From: Gemmatimonadota bacterium
GTDB taxonomy: Bacteria > Gemmatimonadota > Gemmatimonadetes > Palauibacterales > Palauibacteraceae
DNA length: 64,000 nt
Assembly (NCBI GenBank): GCA_039588215.1
Contig: JBDHAD010000039.1
Span: 4,320 to 68,319 of the forward strand
Direction: 5' to 3'
Positions 20,499 to 29,275 of the stretch are shown here, in pieces. The translations under genes were made by a program, and so were the position numbers. How positions within the stretch are numbered: position 1 is the stretch's first letter; each line of letters starts with the position of its first letter. The notes under the pieces were generated by a model. That model was given only the letters and a program-made list of their open reading frames with translations, was not told the origin of the DNA and did no database searches.

Positions 20499-22022
20499 GT
20501 GAGCGGGTACAGCGGTGCGCTCCGGCGACTCGACCGGGACCTCGGGGACCTCCTGGAGCACCACGATCAGGCGCGGGATCTCCGCGAGTTCGAGCGGTGG
20601 CACGATGACCCCGTGGGCTTCGTCCGGGACGTGCTCGGCGGTGTGCCCTGGAGTCGGCAAGAGGAGATCGCGGAGGCGATCAGATCGAACCCTCTGGTGG
20701 CTGTTCGCTCGTGCAACGCATCGGGAAAAGACTGGATTGCCGCGCACCTGGCCCTGTGGTGGGTCTACGCCCGGCGGGGCCTCGTTCTCCTCACGGGTCC
20801 TACGGAGCGCCAGGTCCGGGAGGTGTGCATGGGCGAGGTAGCCCGCGCTTTCCACCGGGCGAAGGATCTCCCTGGCGAACTGTTCCAGCTTGCTCTCCGG
20901 CTCGGCCAGGGCGAACAGGCGGGGATCCTGGCCTTCACGTCTACTGAGGCGAGCCGACTCACAGGCTTCCATGCCCCTCGGGTGTTCGCTGTCCTGACGG
21001 AGGCGCAGGGCTGCCAGGACTTCGCCTGGGAGAGTGTCCTGGCGTGCGCCACGGGATCGGAGGATCGGGTCCTCGCGGTGGGAAACCCGCTCTCCCCGTC
21101 CGGGCGGTTCTATCAAGTCTCGCGGCCCCGTAGCAGCTGGGCTGCCATCCAGATCAGCGCCGAGGAGCACCCAAACCTCCAAGAGGGCCGCGTGGTGATC
21201 CCTGGCGGTCCCACACCGGAGTTCGCTGCGCGCATCGCAACCGAGTACGGGCGCGGGTCCGGGATCTACCGGGCTCGGGTCCAGGGCGAGTTCCCCGACC
21301 AGGGGGATGAAGGGCTGTTCCGGCGCTCGTGGATCGAATCGGCGGCCAAGCGATGGGAGGAGTGGCGGTACACGTTCGCGGAGGAAGTGCCCGTCGTCGG
21401 TGTGGACCCCGCACGGTTCGGCCCGGACCTCACGGTGGCAGCCATCCGTCGCGGTCCCGTCGTTGAGGAGCTTCTGGCCTGGAGCCAGTCGGATCTCATG
21501 GAAACCGTTGAGAAGCTGCGGGAGCTGCTCGAAAGGGCCGGGGTGACACCTGGGGAGTGCTGGACGGGGGACACGCTGCCGGTCTCTTGGGGGAAAGGTG
21601 ATCGCCTGTTCGGACCCCGACCCCTCGCTCGCCCGCTCGCTCGCGGGACCGTGATCGTAGACGAGGTAGGGCTGGGGAGCGGGGTCCTCGACCGCTTGAA
21701 GGAGCTAGGCTTTCATGCGTTCGGCTTCAACGGCGGTTCCAGCTCCGCAGATTCGGAACGGTTCGCGAACCTCAGAGCCGAGAGCTACTGGATGCTCGCC
21801 AGGCGGTTGGAGGCCGGGGAAGTGGCACTGCCTCCCGACGAACCCCTCACCGACGAGCTGCTGGCCGTCCGGTGGCGCCCTACGCCCGAGGGGAAGATCC
21901 GCATCGAAGCCAAGGACGATCTGAGGGGCCGCCTCGGACGCTCACCCGATCGGGCCGACGCCGTGGCGATGGCTCTCTGGGAGTCAGCTGCTCGGGAGGT
22001 TGCTCCGCCCCTGGTCTGGTAG
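20499..22022 (+). CDS. terL: Terminase large subunit
   Basis: Walker A SCNASGKD, GPTERQV, Walker B-like VLTEAQG, VGNP; nuclease GVDPARFGPD, IVDEVGLG, SPDRADA. Confidence 0.85.
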   Translation: MSGYSGALRRLDRDLGDLLEHHDQARDLREFERWHDDPVGFVRDVLGGVPWSRQEEIAEAIRSNPLVAVRSCNASGKDWIAAHLALWWVYARRGLVLLTGPTERQVREVCMGEVARAFHRAKDLPGELFQLALRLGQGEQAGILAFTSTEASRLTGFHAPRVFAVLTEAQGCQDFAWESVLACATGSEDRVLAVGNPLSPSGRFYQVSRPRSSWAAIQISAEEHPNLQEGRVVIPGGPTPEFAARIATEYGRGSGIYRARVQGEFPDQGDEGLFRRSWIESAAKRWEEWRYTFAEEVPVVGVDPARFGPDLTVAAIRRGPVVEELLAWSQSDLMETVEKLRELLERAGVTPGECWTGDTLPVSWGKGDRLFGPRPLARPLARGTVIVDEVGLGSGVLDRLKELGFHAFGFNGGSSSADSERFANLRAESYWMLARRLEAGEVALPPDEPLTDELLAVRWRPTPEGKIRIEAKDDLRGRLGRSPDRADAVAMALWESAAREVAPPLVW

Positions 22023-22059
22023 GGGGGCTTCTCCCAATGCAAGCGCGCCCGGACCGCTC

Positions 22060-22084
22060 CTCACCCCGCTCCGCCACGATCTCC
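22060..22084 (+). repeat. Cargo repeat, block A only
   Basis: Core gctccgccacgatctcc (22068-22084) also at 22954-22970 and 24127-24143. Confidence 0.8.
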
Positions 22085-22127
22085 TCCGGCCTGGGCTGGG
22101 CTGCCTGGGCACACTCGCCAGCGGACC

Positions 22128-22855
22128 TCACTGGACGATCAGCGTGGCTGTGGTTGACCGCACGAGCGACCCGGAGGTTGCCGTGATCGTGAAGGTGAAC
22201 GTTCCGGTGGGCGTACCCGGCGATGGCGGCTCCGTGACACCACCGTCACCACACGCACCGTAGGCCGTCATGCTTGCCAGTACGATCACGACCGTCAGGA
22301 GCAAGCCATGCCAACTTCTGTTCCTTCTCTTCGCCGCCCGTCCTCCGAGAACGACAACGATGAGTCCCAGCCCGGGCAACCCAAGCCACAGCATCCGTTG
22401 CCACAGAGCGTACACGGGTGCGTGATCGCCCTGGTGGGCGGGCGGTGTCAAGGAAGCCGTGGGTGCCCTCGTAGCGACGGTCAGCGTCGAGGTCGCGTCG
22501 CTCAGCCCCAGCGTGAGGGTGCTCGGGGAGAAGGAGTCGGTAGTGAAAGCGGGCAGGTCAGAGCAGGTGAACGACACCGGATCTTCCGGGGAGGCGCCCA
22601 GCGGGCTGATCGTGACCGTGTAGGTGGCTGAGCCGCCTTGTGTGACCGTCACACTGCTGGGCGATGCGGCCACGGTGTAGTCGGGTAACACGACGCAGTT
22701 GGAGAACTCCGACGTGTTGTTATCCGGATCGGTCGCCGTCGCTGTCATGTACGGATCAACGGCTGCTATGGCGGTGGTTACGGTGAAGTTGGCATCACCA
22801 TTGGCGTCGGTCGTCACGCTCGCGCTACCGAGGAAGCTCTCACCCTCCCCATAGC
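22128..22855 (-). pseudogene. 3' fragment of a large surface protein (Ig-like domains plus C-terminal TM)
   Basis: Recognisable coding begins mid-motif (GYGEGESFLG...TATATDPDNNTSEFSNC) right at the repeat boundary 22856; no RBS or signal peptide seen. Confidence 0.75.
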
Positions 22856-22970
22856 CGGCCGAACGACTTTCGGGGTATCTTCGGGTGTCCGGAGCCTAGA
22901 AAACCGGCCTGCGGGCCGCTCAGGCGGTCAGAACGGGATTCTGGCTCGCTCCAGCTCCGCCACGATCTCC
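22856..22970 (+). repeat. Cargo repeat, blocks B+A (~115 bp)
   Basis: Closely similar direct repeat of 24028-24143. Confidence 0.9.
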
Positions 22971-23090
22971 TTCGCGCGGGGGAGGGCCCGTCTTGACCGA
23001 CTCCGCGGATCCTCCGCACGTTGCTTCCTATTCCCCATTCGGCTGCGGGACGCCCGCAGTGTCCAGGTACGCCCTCGCAGCCTTTCAGGA

Positions 23091-23890
23091 GTTAGGTAGC
23101 CACGCGGACAGAGGCCAATGGATAAGACCAGATCGTATCGACGATACCTGGTCGAGAGTGCGGCGATTGTGATCAGTATTCTGATCGCATTTAGCATCGA
23201 CGCTTCCTGGGATCAGTGGCAGGAGGGGCGCGAGGAGCAGCAGATACTTCGCTCGTTGCACGCTGAGCTGCTGTCGAACCAGATGCGCCTGGCTGAGCAA
23301 ACTCGATTTCACGAGGACGTTCGACTCGCCATTCGCCTTCTGTTGACCGAGGCGGCCTCTCCCACCCCCACATTGAGCGTCGATTCGCTTGACGCCCTAA
23401 TCGGGAAGGCCAGCTGGTTTAACCCCGGGAGCACGTTCGAAATGTCCGCTTACGACGCGGTCGTCCTGGGGGGAAGCCTCACCGTCATCGACAACCGATC
23501 TTTACGCCAGAGGATTACGGCGTGGAGCAGGGAGGTCGCCAGAGTCACGCGAACCGAGGCACAGGACTACGACACGTTCTCCAACGTTTGGATGCCGTTC
23601 CTTAGAGACAATGCCTACCTGCCGCAGATCCACAACGCGATCACAGTACAACCGGGAAGTGGTGACGAGAACTACATTGGTGACGAGAACTACATTCCGG
23701 ACGTACCGTTGACCCGTCATGCGACACGCCACACCGAGCTCCTCCATGATCGCCGGTTTCAGAATGTGCTGTTGCACCGGCTCTGGGTTCAAGGTGACAT
23801 CCTGCACGAGTACGAGGAGCTTACGCCGAACCTCTCGTCGCTGGTCGAGTTGCTGGCCAGCGCGATTCGTGATTAATGCGGCTACCTAAC
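23091..23890 (+). mobile_element. Integron-type gene cassette with truncated attC
   Basis: GTTAGGTAGCC (23091-23101, GTTRRRY) before the gene and its exact reverse complement GGCTACCTAAC (23880-23890, RYYYAAC) just after the stop. Confidence 0.7.
23118..23876 (+). CDS. Hypothetical protein with N-terminal TM (cassette gene)
   Basis: YLVESAAIVISILIAFSIDASW TM; visibly lower GC; 18-bp tandem duplication at 23661-23696 (GDENYI x2). Confidence 0.8.
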   Translation: MDKTRSYRRYLVESAAIVISILIAFSIDASWDQWQEGREEQQILRSLHAELLSNQMRLAEQTRFHEDVRLAIRLLLTEAASPTPTLSVDSLDALIGKASWFNPGSTFEMSAYDAVVLGGSLTVIDNRSLRQRITAWSREVARVTRTEAQDYDTFSNVWMPFLRDNAYLPQIHNAITVQPGSGDENYIGDENYIPDVPLTRHATRHTELLHDRRFQNVLLHRLWVQGDILHEYEELTPNLSSLVELLASAIRD

Positions 23891-23961
23891 ACCATTAAGA
23901 AGGACTAGGTCAAGGGTGCACAGGCAATCACCGCGACGGGCAGCGCCCGTGTTCTGGCACC

Positions 23962-24143
23962 TCAGCCGTCTCGTGCGTCCCAGACCCAACCGGTAGGGGA
24001 AAGACGACGCACTCACGCGCCCGTGGACGGCCGAGCGACTTTCGGGGTATCTTCGGGTGTCCGGCGCCGAGAAAACCCGGCCTGCGGGCCGCTCAGGCCG
24101 TCAAGAAGGGATTCTGGCTCACCCCCGCTCCGCCACGATCTCC
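23962..24143 (+). repeat. Most complete cargo repeat unit, C-spacer-B-A (~180 bp)
   Basis: C core agccgtctcgtgcgtcccagaccca (23964-23988) followed by B+A (24028-24143). Confidence 0.85.
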
Positions 24144-24159
24144 CCAGCCGCCGCGACCC

Positions 24160-26628
24160 TCACCGGATGTAGCCCAGTCTCCGCAGTTGTTCGAGCTGTT
24201 CGGGCCGCAGCTCTACCGACTGACCTCCGCCCAAAATGAGCGCCCGCAGCGCCGCGTTGGCCTCGACCTGTGCCTCGAGGAGCTTTGTGTACCGCTCTAC
24301 CAGATCCGGTCGATTTTCGTTGATCGGGCGCTCCAGCAGTGGGTCGTCCCAGAGATCGTAGACCAGCAGGCGCTCACGAGGCGGGGTCCGGCTCTTCCTG
24401 TACCCGGACTCTGTGCATCTAAACAGCGCGTCGCCGCCCCCCACGGCGATAACTTCGACCTGGGGATCGTCGGGTCGGACGCACAGCGAGGCACCCCAGC
24501 GGCCGTCGATCACCTCCATGTTTCCCACCAGCTCCCCTGAGATCACATCGATCAAGAGCATCTCCACGAACACGGGGCCGTGCTCCCACTCTTCCTCCGT
24601 GACCTGCCCCAGCAGCAGGGGCGCGAGCGAGTGGCCCTGCCGTACCTCGGGCTGGGGAAGTCCCGTCAGGTCCAGCAGCGTCGGGAGCACGTCGATCATC
24701 GACACGGGCGTGCGGATTCTCCGCCCTCCCTCGATGTGGCCGGGCCAGACGAACAGGAGTGGCACGCGAGTAGCGAATGGGTGGATGTGAGGGGCGTCTC
24801 TCGCGTGACCGGGCATGCTCCGGCCACTCCCGGCAGGATACCCGTGATCGGACGCGATCACGAGGATCGTGTTCTCCCACCGACCCTCCGCCTTGAGCCG
24901 CGCCACGAACCGCTCCAGGTGGTGGTCCTGGTGTGCCATCCCCTCATCGTAGAGGGCCTGCTGCAAGAGGGCGTGCCGCTCCACCAAGACGGTGTCCTCC
25001 CAGTCCATGGCCTCGTCCAACTCGATGTACTGGGCCCTTCGTTCCGGCGTGATGAAGAGCCCGGAGAACGGGGCCATCGGCCGAAAGGGCCGGTGCACAT
25101 CGGTCGTCTGGAAGTGCGCCCAGTAGGGGGTGCCCGGATACGCCTCCCGCCAATCCCAGAAGGCGCGGTGCAGGTGCTGGGAGGAAACGGTGGGCACGGG
25201 CGGATCGAGCACACGGACCAGGTCAACTCCGCGCTCCAGGCCCGACGCGGTCGCGGCGAAGGGGTTCGAGACGAACACGCCGGTCTGGTAGCCGACTCTG
25301 CCGAAGTGCTCGGTCATCGTCGTCACGCCGTCGGGGATCTTGTCGGATATCGAGCGGAAGCGGTCGATCGCACTGTACAGCAGGGAGGTCATGAAGGAAG
25401 ACGTGGACAGCGGCGTCGAAGTGGCGTTGCTGTACGCGCTCTCGAACACCACGGCATCCTCGGCGAGACGCTCGAGAAAGGGCGTGGTCCGCCGATTGTA
25501 CCCGTACAGGCTCATCCAGTCGGCACCGGCGCCATCGATGACGTAGAAGATCACGTCGGGATTGCCAGAAGTCCGTGAGCCCGACACCGTCGGGGCTCCC
25601 CAGAACCCCACGGCACCGGGATCCTCGGCTTCGATCTCAAGGCCCAGGGTTACCTCCCGACCCGCGTACGCCGACAGATGCGCCGTGTGTTGGACCCAAG
25701 AGCTCGGATCCGTTAGCACCTCCTCCAGCAGCCTCTCGGCAGCACCGCCCGACGACGCCACGTCCACCCGGAACGTGACGGGCTGGTCTTCGCGATGAAC
25801 CCCGAGTGCAACATCGAGGCGAGGCGCTTCGGGCAGCGCGATCCTATACTCCAGGCGTCCGGGCGCATGCCCCAGGATCGCACGCTGGAGCCGATCGCCC
25901 AGTCCGACGGTCGCGACCCCCGAGGGAACATCGGCATACACGGCGGCTTTCGGTACGACGGTGATCGAGAGTAGCTCGATGGCCGCCTCCTCCGCTTCCC
26001 TGGTGCCGGTGAACCAAACGCCGAGATGCGTCAGGGGCCCCTCTAACTCCTCGGGAGCTATCCAGTCTTCGATCCAGTCGAGTCGGTAGGACTGGACGAC
26101 GCCGTCCGTGATCACAGGCACGCCCAAACCGCTGACAACGAAGGGTATGTCGTAGTAGTAGTGTGGATTCTTTGGATCGTGGTTGAAGGCCACCCCGATG
26201 TCCCACACCGGTCCGCGGGCGCGGGCTCGAACCTCGACGTATGCCCAGTCCTGGAGGGCCAACCCCGGCGGCAGCTCCACGTAGACGGCGCCGACCGGAC
26301 TCTCCGTGCTGGGCCAGGTGCTCTGCCTGACGGCGCGGACACGCAGGGCGTCCCCACTGTAGGAGGTTTCGACACTGCCTCGTCTCTCCAGCGTGCTTGT
26401 CGGCCTCCAGCCCGGCTGGGGCTCATCGAATCGCCATTCGATCAGCTCCGGCGGGTCCCGAGGCAGCTCGAGGCCAGACGCGGTGGCAGCCTCGAGATGA
26501 TCCTCCAGGTGGAGCGGCATCTCGACCGTGAGGACGGGAGCGCCGGACGGTGCGCCCGAGCAGTTGACGAGTGAGAGGCTCAGTAGGGTGGCGGGGAGGA
26601 TCCGAATAACGACGCAACCGAGGCTCAT
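24160..26628 (-). CDS. Sulfatase/alkaline phosphatase superfamily lipoprotein
   Basis: YVIDG, TTPFL, HFQTTDVHRPF, ASDHG, VSMIDVLPT, C-terminal LRRLGYI; lipobox LVNC; GGAGG RBS. Confidence 0.85.
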   Translation of the reverse strand: MSLGCVVIRILPATLLSLSLVNCSGAPSGAPVLTVEMPLHLEDHLEAATASGLELPRDPPELIEWRFDEPQPGWRPTSTLERRGSVETSYSGDALRVRAVRQSTWPSTESPVGAVYVELPPGLALQDWAYVEVRARARGPVWDIGVAFNHDPKNPHYYYDIPFVVSGLGVPVITDGVVQSYRLDWIEDWIAPEELEGPLTHLGVWFTGTREAEEAAIELLSITVVPKAAVYADVPSGVATVGLGDRLQRAILGHAPGRLEYRIALPEAPRLDVALGVHREDQPVTFRVDVASSGGAAERLLEEVLTDPSSWVQHTAHLSAYAGREVTLGLEIEAEDPGAVGFWGAPTVSGSRTSGNPDVIFYVIDGAGADWMSLYGYNRRTTPFLERLAEDAVVFESAYSNATSTPLSTSSFMTSLLYSAIDRFRSISDKIPDGVTTMTEHFGRVGYQTGVFVSNPFAATASGLERGVDLVRVLDPPVPTVSSQHLHRAFWDWREAYPGTPYWAHFQTTDVHRPFRPMAPFSGLFITPERRAQYIELDEAMDWEDTVLVERHALLQQALYDEGMAHQDHHLERFVARLKAEGRWENTILVIASDHGYPAGSGRSMPGHARDAPHIHPFATRVPLLFVWPGHIEGGRRIRTPVSMIDVLPTLLDLTGLPQPEVRQGHSLAPLLLGQVTEEEWEHGPVFVEMLLIDVISGELVGNMEVIDGRWGASLCVRPDDPQVEVIAVGGGDALFRCTESGYRKSRTPPRERLLVYDLWDDPLLERPINENRPDLVERYTKLLEAQVEANAALRALILGGGQSVELRPEQLEQLRRLGYIR

Positions 26629-26732
26629 CGGGGTGCCTCCTGCAGATACAGCGGCTCCGGGCCCAGCCCGGGCGGGCGAGTCGCTTGGTACCACCTCGGG
26701 CGAAGGGCGTCAGCTCACGCGAAACGGGGAGT

Positions 26733-26923
26733 TGTAGAACTGATTCTCCGGAAGGTAGATGATCCGTTCGAGAAGGTCGATGCTCGTGGACGGGCTCGCG
26801 CTCCGCTCGACCAGGCGCTGCGCGAGTTCCTGGGCGGGTTCTACTTCGCTAGATCAGCGTATCAGACCTCTAACGGTACGCTGGAATAGCGCACGAAGGC
26901 GCGTGGTGTATGCTGTTCCAGCG
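26733..26923 (+). pseudogene. 3' remnant of a cassette-like ORF running into an attC-like left half
   Basis: Frame VELILRKVDDPFEK...YQTSNGTLE* reads through CTCTAAC (26868-26874); inverted repeat 26879-26890/26912-26923; no GTT right end. Confidence 0.4.
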
Positions 26924-26945
26924 AGATACGCCGGGGTAGCGGGCC

Positions 26946-26985
26946 GATTCTAAGTCCGATGCGTCTACCGTTCTGCCACCCCGCC
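26946..26985 (-). pseudogene. 5' half of tRNA-Leu(TAG)
   Basis: Reverse complement GGCGGGGTGGCAGAACGGTAGACGCATCGGACTTAGAATC gives acceptor 5' strand, Leu-type D-arm and loop CTTAGAA; no T-arm or 3' half. Confidence 0.65.
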
Positions 26986-27066
26986 CATCTAACGGACGTG
27001 CGATGCTGCTGCGGACGAGGGGGCTGAACGGGCGAGGTGCAGGCAAGAGCGAGCATAGACCCGACA

Positions 27067-27103
27067 TCAGCCGTCTCGTGCGTCCCAGACCCAGCCGGGG
27101 AGG
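27067..27103 (+). repeat. Cargo repeat, block C
   Basis: 27069-27103 identical (35/35) to 28385-28419; 25-nt core shared with 23964-23988. Confidence 0.9.
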
Positions 27104-27122
27104 AAGCTGACCTGATGTGGAA

Positions 27123-27149
27123 AGGGGCGGCCCCGGTGGAGCCGCCCCT
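27123..27149 (-). terminator. Probable terminator hairpin of the lipoprotein gene
   Basis: 9-bp stem AGGGGCGGC/GCCGCCCCT with only a short T run. Confidence 0.5.
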
Positions 27150-27184
27150 CCTGCGTTGCCCAGCGGGGTCTGAGGATTGGGCGC

Positions 27185-28114
27185 TCAGGGCACGTAGCCG
27201 TAAAGGGTGAAGACAAGATTGCCGTTGCTGAATAGACCTGGCGCTGGGTAGGTGAGGTTGACCATACGGAAACCTAGAATCGTATCCGGCCCACCGTCCG
27301 TGTTGTCCCAGCCAGAGGGCCCCCCGTTTGTGTTCAGGCCAAGCCAGTATGTGCCAGGTGCAAGGTTGATGGAGAGTCCGCTGATTTCGTAGTCGAAACC
27401 GTCGTAGGCACCGAACGGCCCTGTCGCATTCGGCGCCCGATCAGCGACAATGGTTGAGCTGAACACGGGCGGGTCAGCGTAGGGTAGTCCTGGGAATATC
27501 AGAACTTCGGTGCTGACGTATGTGGATGGGTTAAGGTCGTGCTGCTGCCAGGTGATCTTCGTTATCACCGCATTCTGAGCGAGTGTGAAGTCCTCGAACA
27601 GTTCCTGACCGCTGGCATTGTTCCTGATATTGGACTGCGGCCCCGAGAACGAACCGTTGTCGAAGAAAATCGTGGTGGGGCTGATGGGCACGCAGGCATC
27701 GTCGAACACGTAGCCCGGCATTTCGGGCACCGGCTCTCCGGGTGCAGCGTCCCCGTGTTCAATATGCGCGTCGAAGGCTGGCGCGCCGATGGTGATCGGG
27801 TTGTACGATCCGTCCGTGTTCCGGTGGCAGACTTCGACCTTGGCCTTTCCGCCGCCTCCTCCGGGGCAGTCACCATTTGTGCAAGGCGGTGGCTCCGGAG
27901 GGCAGCCACCATTTGTGCAAGGCGGTGGCTCCGGAGGGCAGCCACCATTTGTGCAAGGCGGTGGCTCTGGCGGGCAGCCACCATTTGTGCAGGGGTCTTC
28001 ATCCGCCGATATGGTGTTTGGCCAGGACTGGTCGTCTACCCCAAGCGTATCGGTCGGAGCTTGCTGACACGCAACTAAGAACAGCAGCAGAGAAAGCAGC
28101 GTAAGCCGTCTCAT
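27185..28114 (-). CDS. Lipoprotein with Cys/Pro tandem repeats
   Basis: Lipobox LVAC; CTNG[G/D]CP x4; KVEVCH...AHIEHGD motif. Confidence 0.85.
   Translation of the reverse strand: MRRLTLLSLLLFLVACQQAPTDTLGVDDQSWPNTISADEDPCTNGGCPPEPPPCTNGGCPPEPPPCTNGGCPPEPPPCTNGDCPGGGGGKAKVEVCHRNTDGSYNPITIGAPAFDAHIEHGDAAPGEPVPEMPGYVFDDACVPISPTTIFFDNGSFSGPQSNIRNNASGQELFEDFTLAQNAVITKITWQQHDLNPSTYVSTEVLIFPGLPYADPPVFSSTIVADRAPNATGPFGAYDGFDYEISGLSINLAPGTYWLGLNTNGGPSGWDNTDGGPDTILGFRMVNLTYPAPGLFSNGNLVFTLYGYVP
27864..27991. repeat. 36-bp coding tandem repeat (~3.5 copies)
   Basis: caccatttgtgca at 27871, 27907, 27943 and 27979. Confidence 0.9.
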
Positions 28115-28182
28115 CTTTGCATCTCATTCTACCGATGCAGGTAGCTGCGCCTGCCACGGCGTCCGCCTCGGGGGGAAAGGCT

Positions 28183-28310
28183 GGGCAGACGCGGAGTCGT
28201 GGCGTGCCATCGGCAGCAGCACGTCGCGGCTCAGTGTGGAATAGGACGACGATGATGCGGCTGTCTCCCCGTGCAAGTCGGGAGAAGGTCTACACGGCGT
28301 GTGGGGAAAC
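28183..28310 (-). promoter_or_regulatory. Second copy of the conserved lipoprotein upstream motif
   Basis: Two blocks matching 324-373 and 538-575. Confidence 0.65.
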
Positions 28311-28384
28311 CCTCTGAACGGGCGCATCGGCAGGCTGCGCAGCGGGATCTGGCGGTGCGGGGAGGTCCGACTGACGCTGCCTCT

Positions 28385-28419
28385 AGCCGTCTCGTGCGTC
28401 CCAGACCCAGCCGGGGAGG
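28385..28419 (+). repeat. Cargo repeat, block C
   Basis: Identical to 27069-27103. Confidence 0.9.
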
Positions 28420-28479
28420 GCGCGGAAGAAACGGAAGTGGGGCCGGGCCCCTGCTGAGGCTTGGCGGTGAGTAAATCCC

Positions 28480-29205
28480 TCACTCTTCTTTGCTCTCCGC
28501 AGCACGCACCTGCGCTGGCTTGAAGTCAACTCTCTGATAGTTCGGGACAACGCCAAGGCGAGAGAAGAACTCATCTGCAAGTCCAAGCGCGGAGTCCACA
28601 GCCCACTGGGCACATCCGGCCCCAAGGCACTTGTCTGGAAAGAAAGGATTGCCGCAGGGTTCGGGAATAAGCGAGTTCAACCGGAACTTGCCCGCGAGAT
28701 GTCTTTGCAGTGCCTGCTCGTCATAGGCGGTTGCGGTCCTCGGTTTGAAGTGCAGAAGATGGTTTCGGAGATGCACCAGAGTAGCGGCGTCTTGATGAGG
28801 GAACTGTCCCTCCGTGAAAGGCTGGCGGCTGCAAGCCACCAACGCCTGCTGGTACTTCTTTAGCATGGGGATCCGACGACCCTCGGGGCCTTCGGTTTTA
28901 TCCCAGAGACGCTTGAGGCGCCTCAAGCCGTCGGACTCAAGCTCACCGACGTATGAGTGGTGTGCGTCCGCAGCATCCTTGAGGACTTCATTGATCGCAG
29001 CCTCCAAGAACGCGGCGGATGATACGACGCCGCTGGTTACATAGGCCCGCTGCTCGATGTCAAAGACGGGTGTAGACGCTTCAAGTGCCTTCTCCCGGCA
29101 AGCGGCTTCACGAGCGAAACGGAGCGCAGCCCAGAGATGATAGCTGGAGTAGTAGACTCTCATAGCGGGCATCACGCTTCCGGCCTGAGCCTGGATTTTG
29201 GCCAT
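28480..29205 (-). CDS. HEPN-like hypothetical protein
   Basis: SAAFLEAAINE helix and RNHLLH (RxxxxH); ATG 29205 assumed. Confidence 0.65.
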   Translation of the reverse strand: MAKIQAQAGSVMPAMRVYYSSYHLWAALRFAREAACREKALEASTPVFDIEQRAYVTSGVVSSAAFLEAAINEVLKDAADAHHSYVGELESDGLRRLKRLWDKTEGPEGRRIPMLKKYQQALVACSRQPFTEGQFPHQDAATLVHLRNHLLHFKPRTATAYDEQALQRHLAGKFRLNSLIPEPCGNPFFPDKCLGAGCAQWAVDSALGLADEFFSRLGVVPNYQRVDFKPAQVRAAESKEE

Positions 29206-29275
29206 GATTCCAGGGAGATAGGGTTGGCTCGTGTCCTTGCGCACTCCTTGTCGAGTGGCTAGCCGTTGAGACGGC

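Noticed and set aside
27864-27991. 36-bp repeats as CRISPR
   Set aside because: Contiguous in-frame coding repeats with no spacers.
29259-29275. CTAGCCGT as a fourth C-repeat edge between the HEPN-like genes
   Set aside because: Only an 8-bp match; could be chance.
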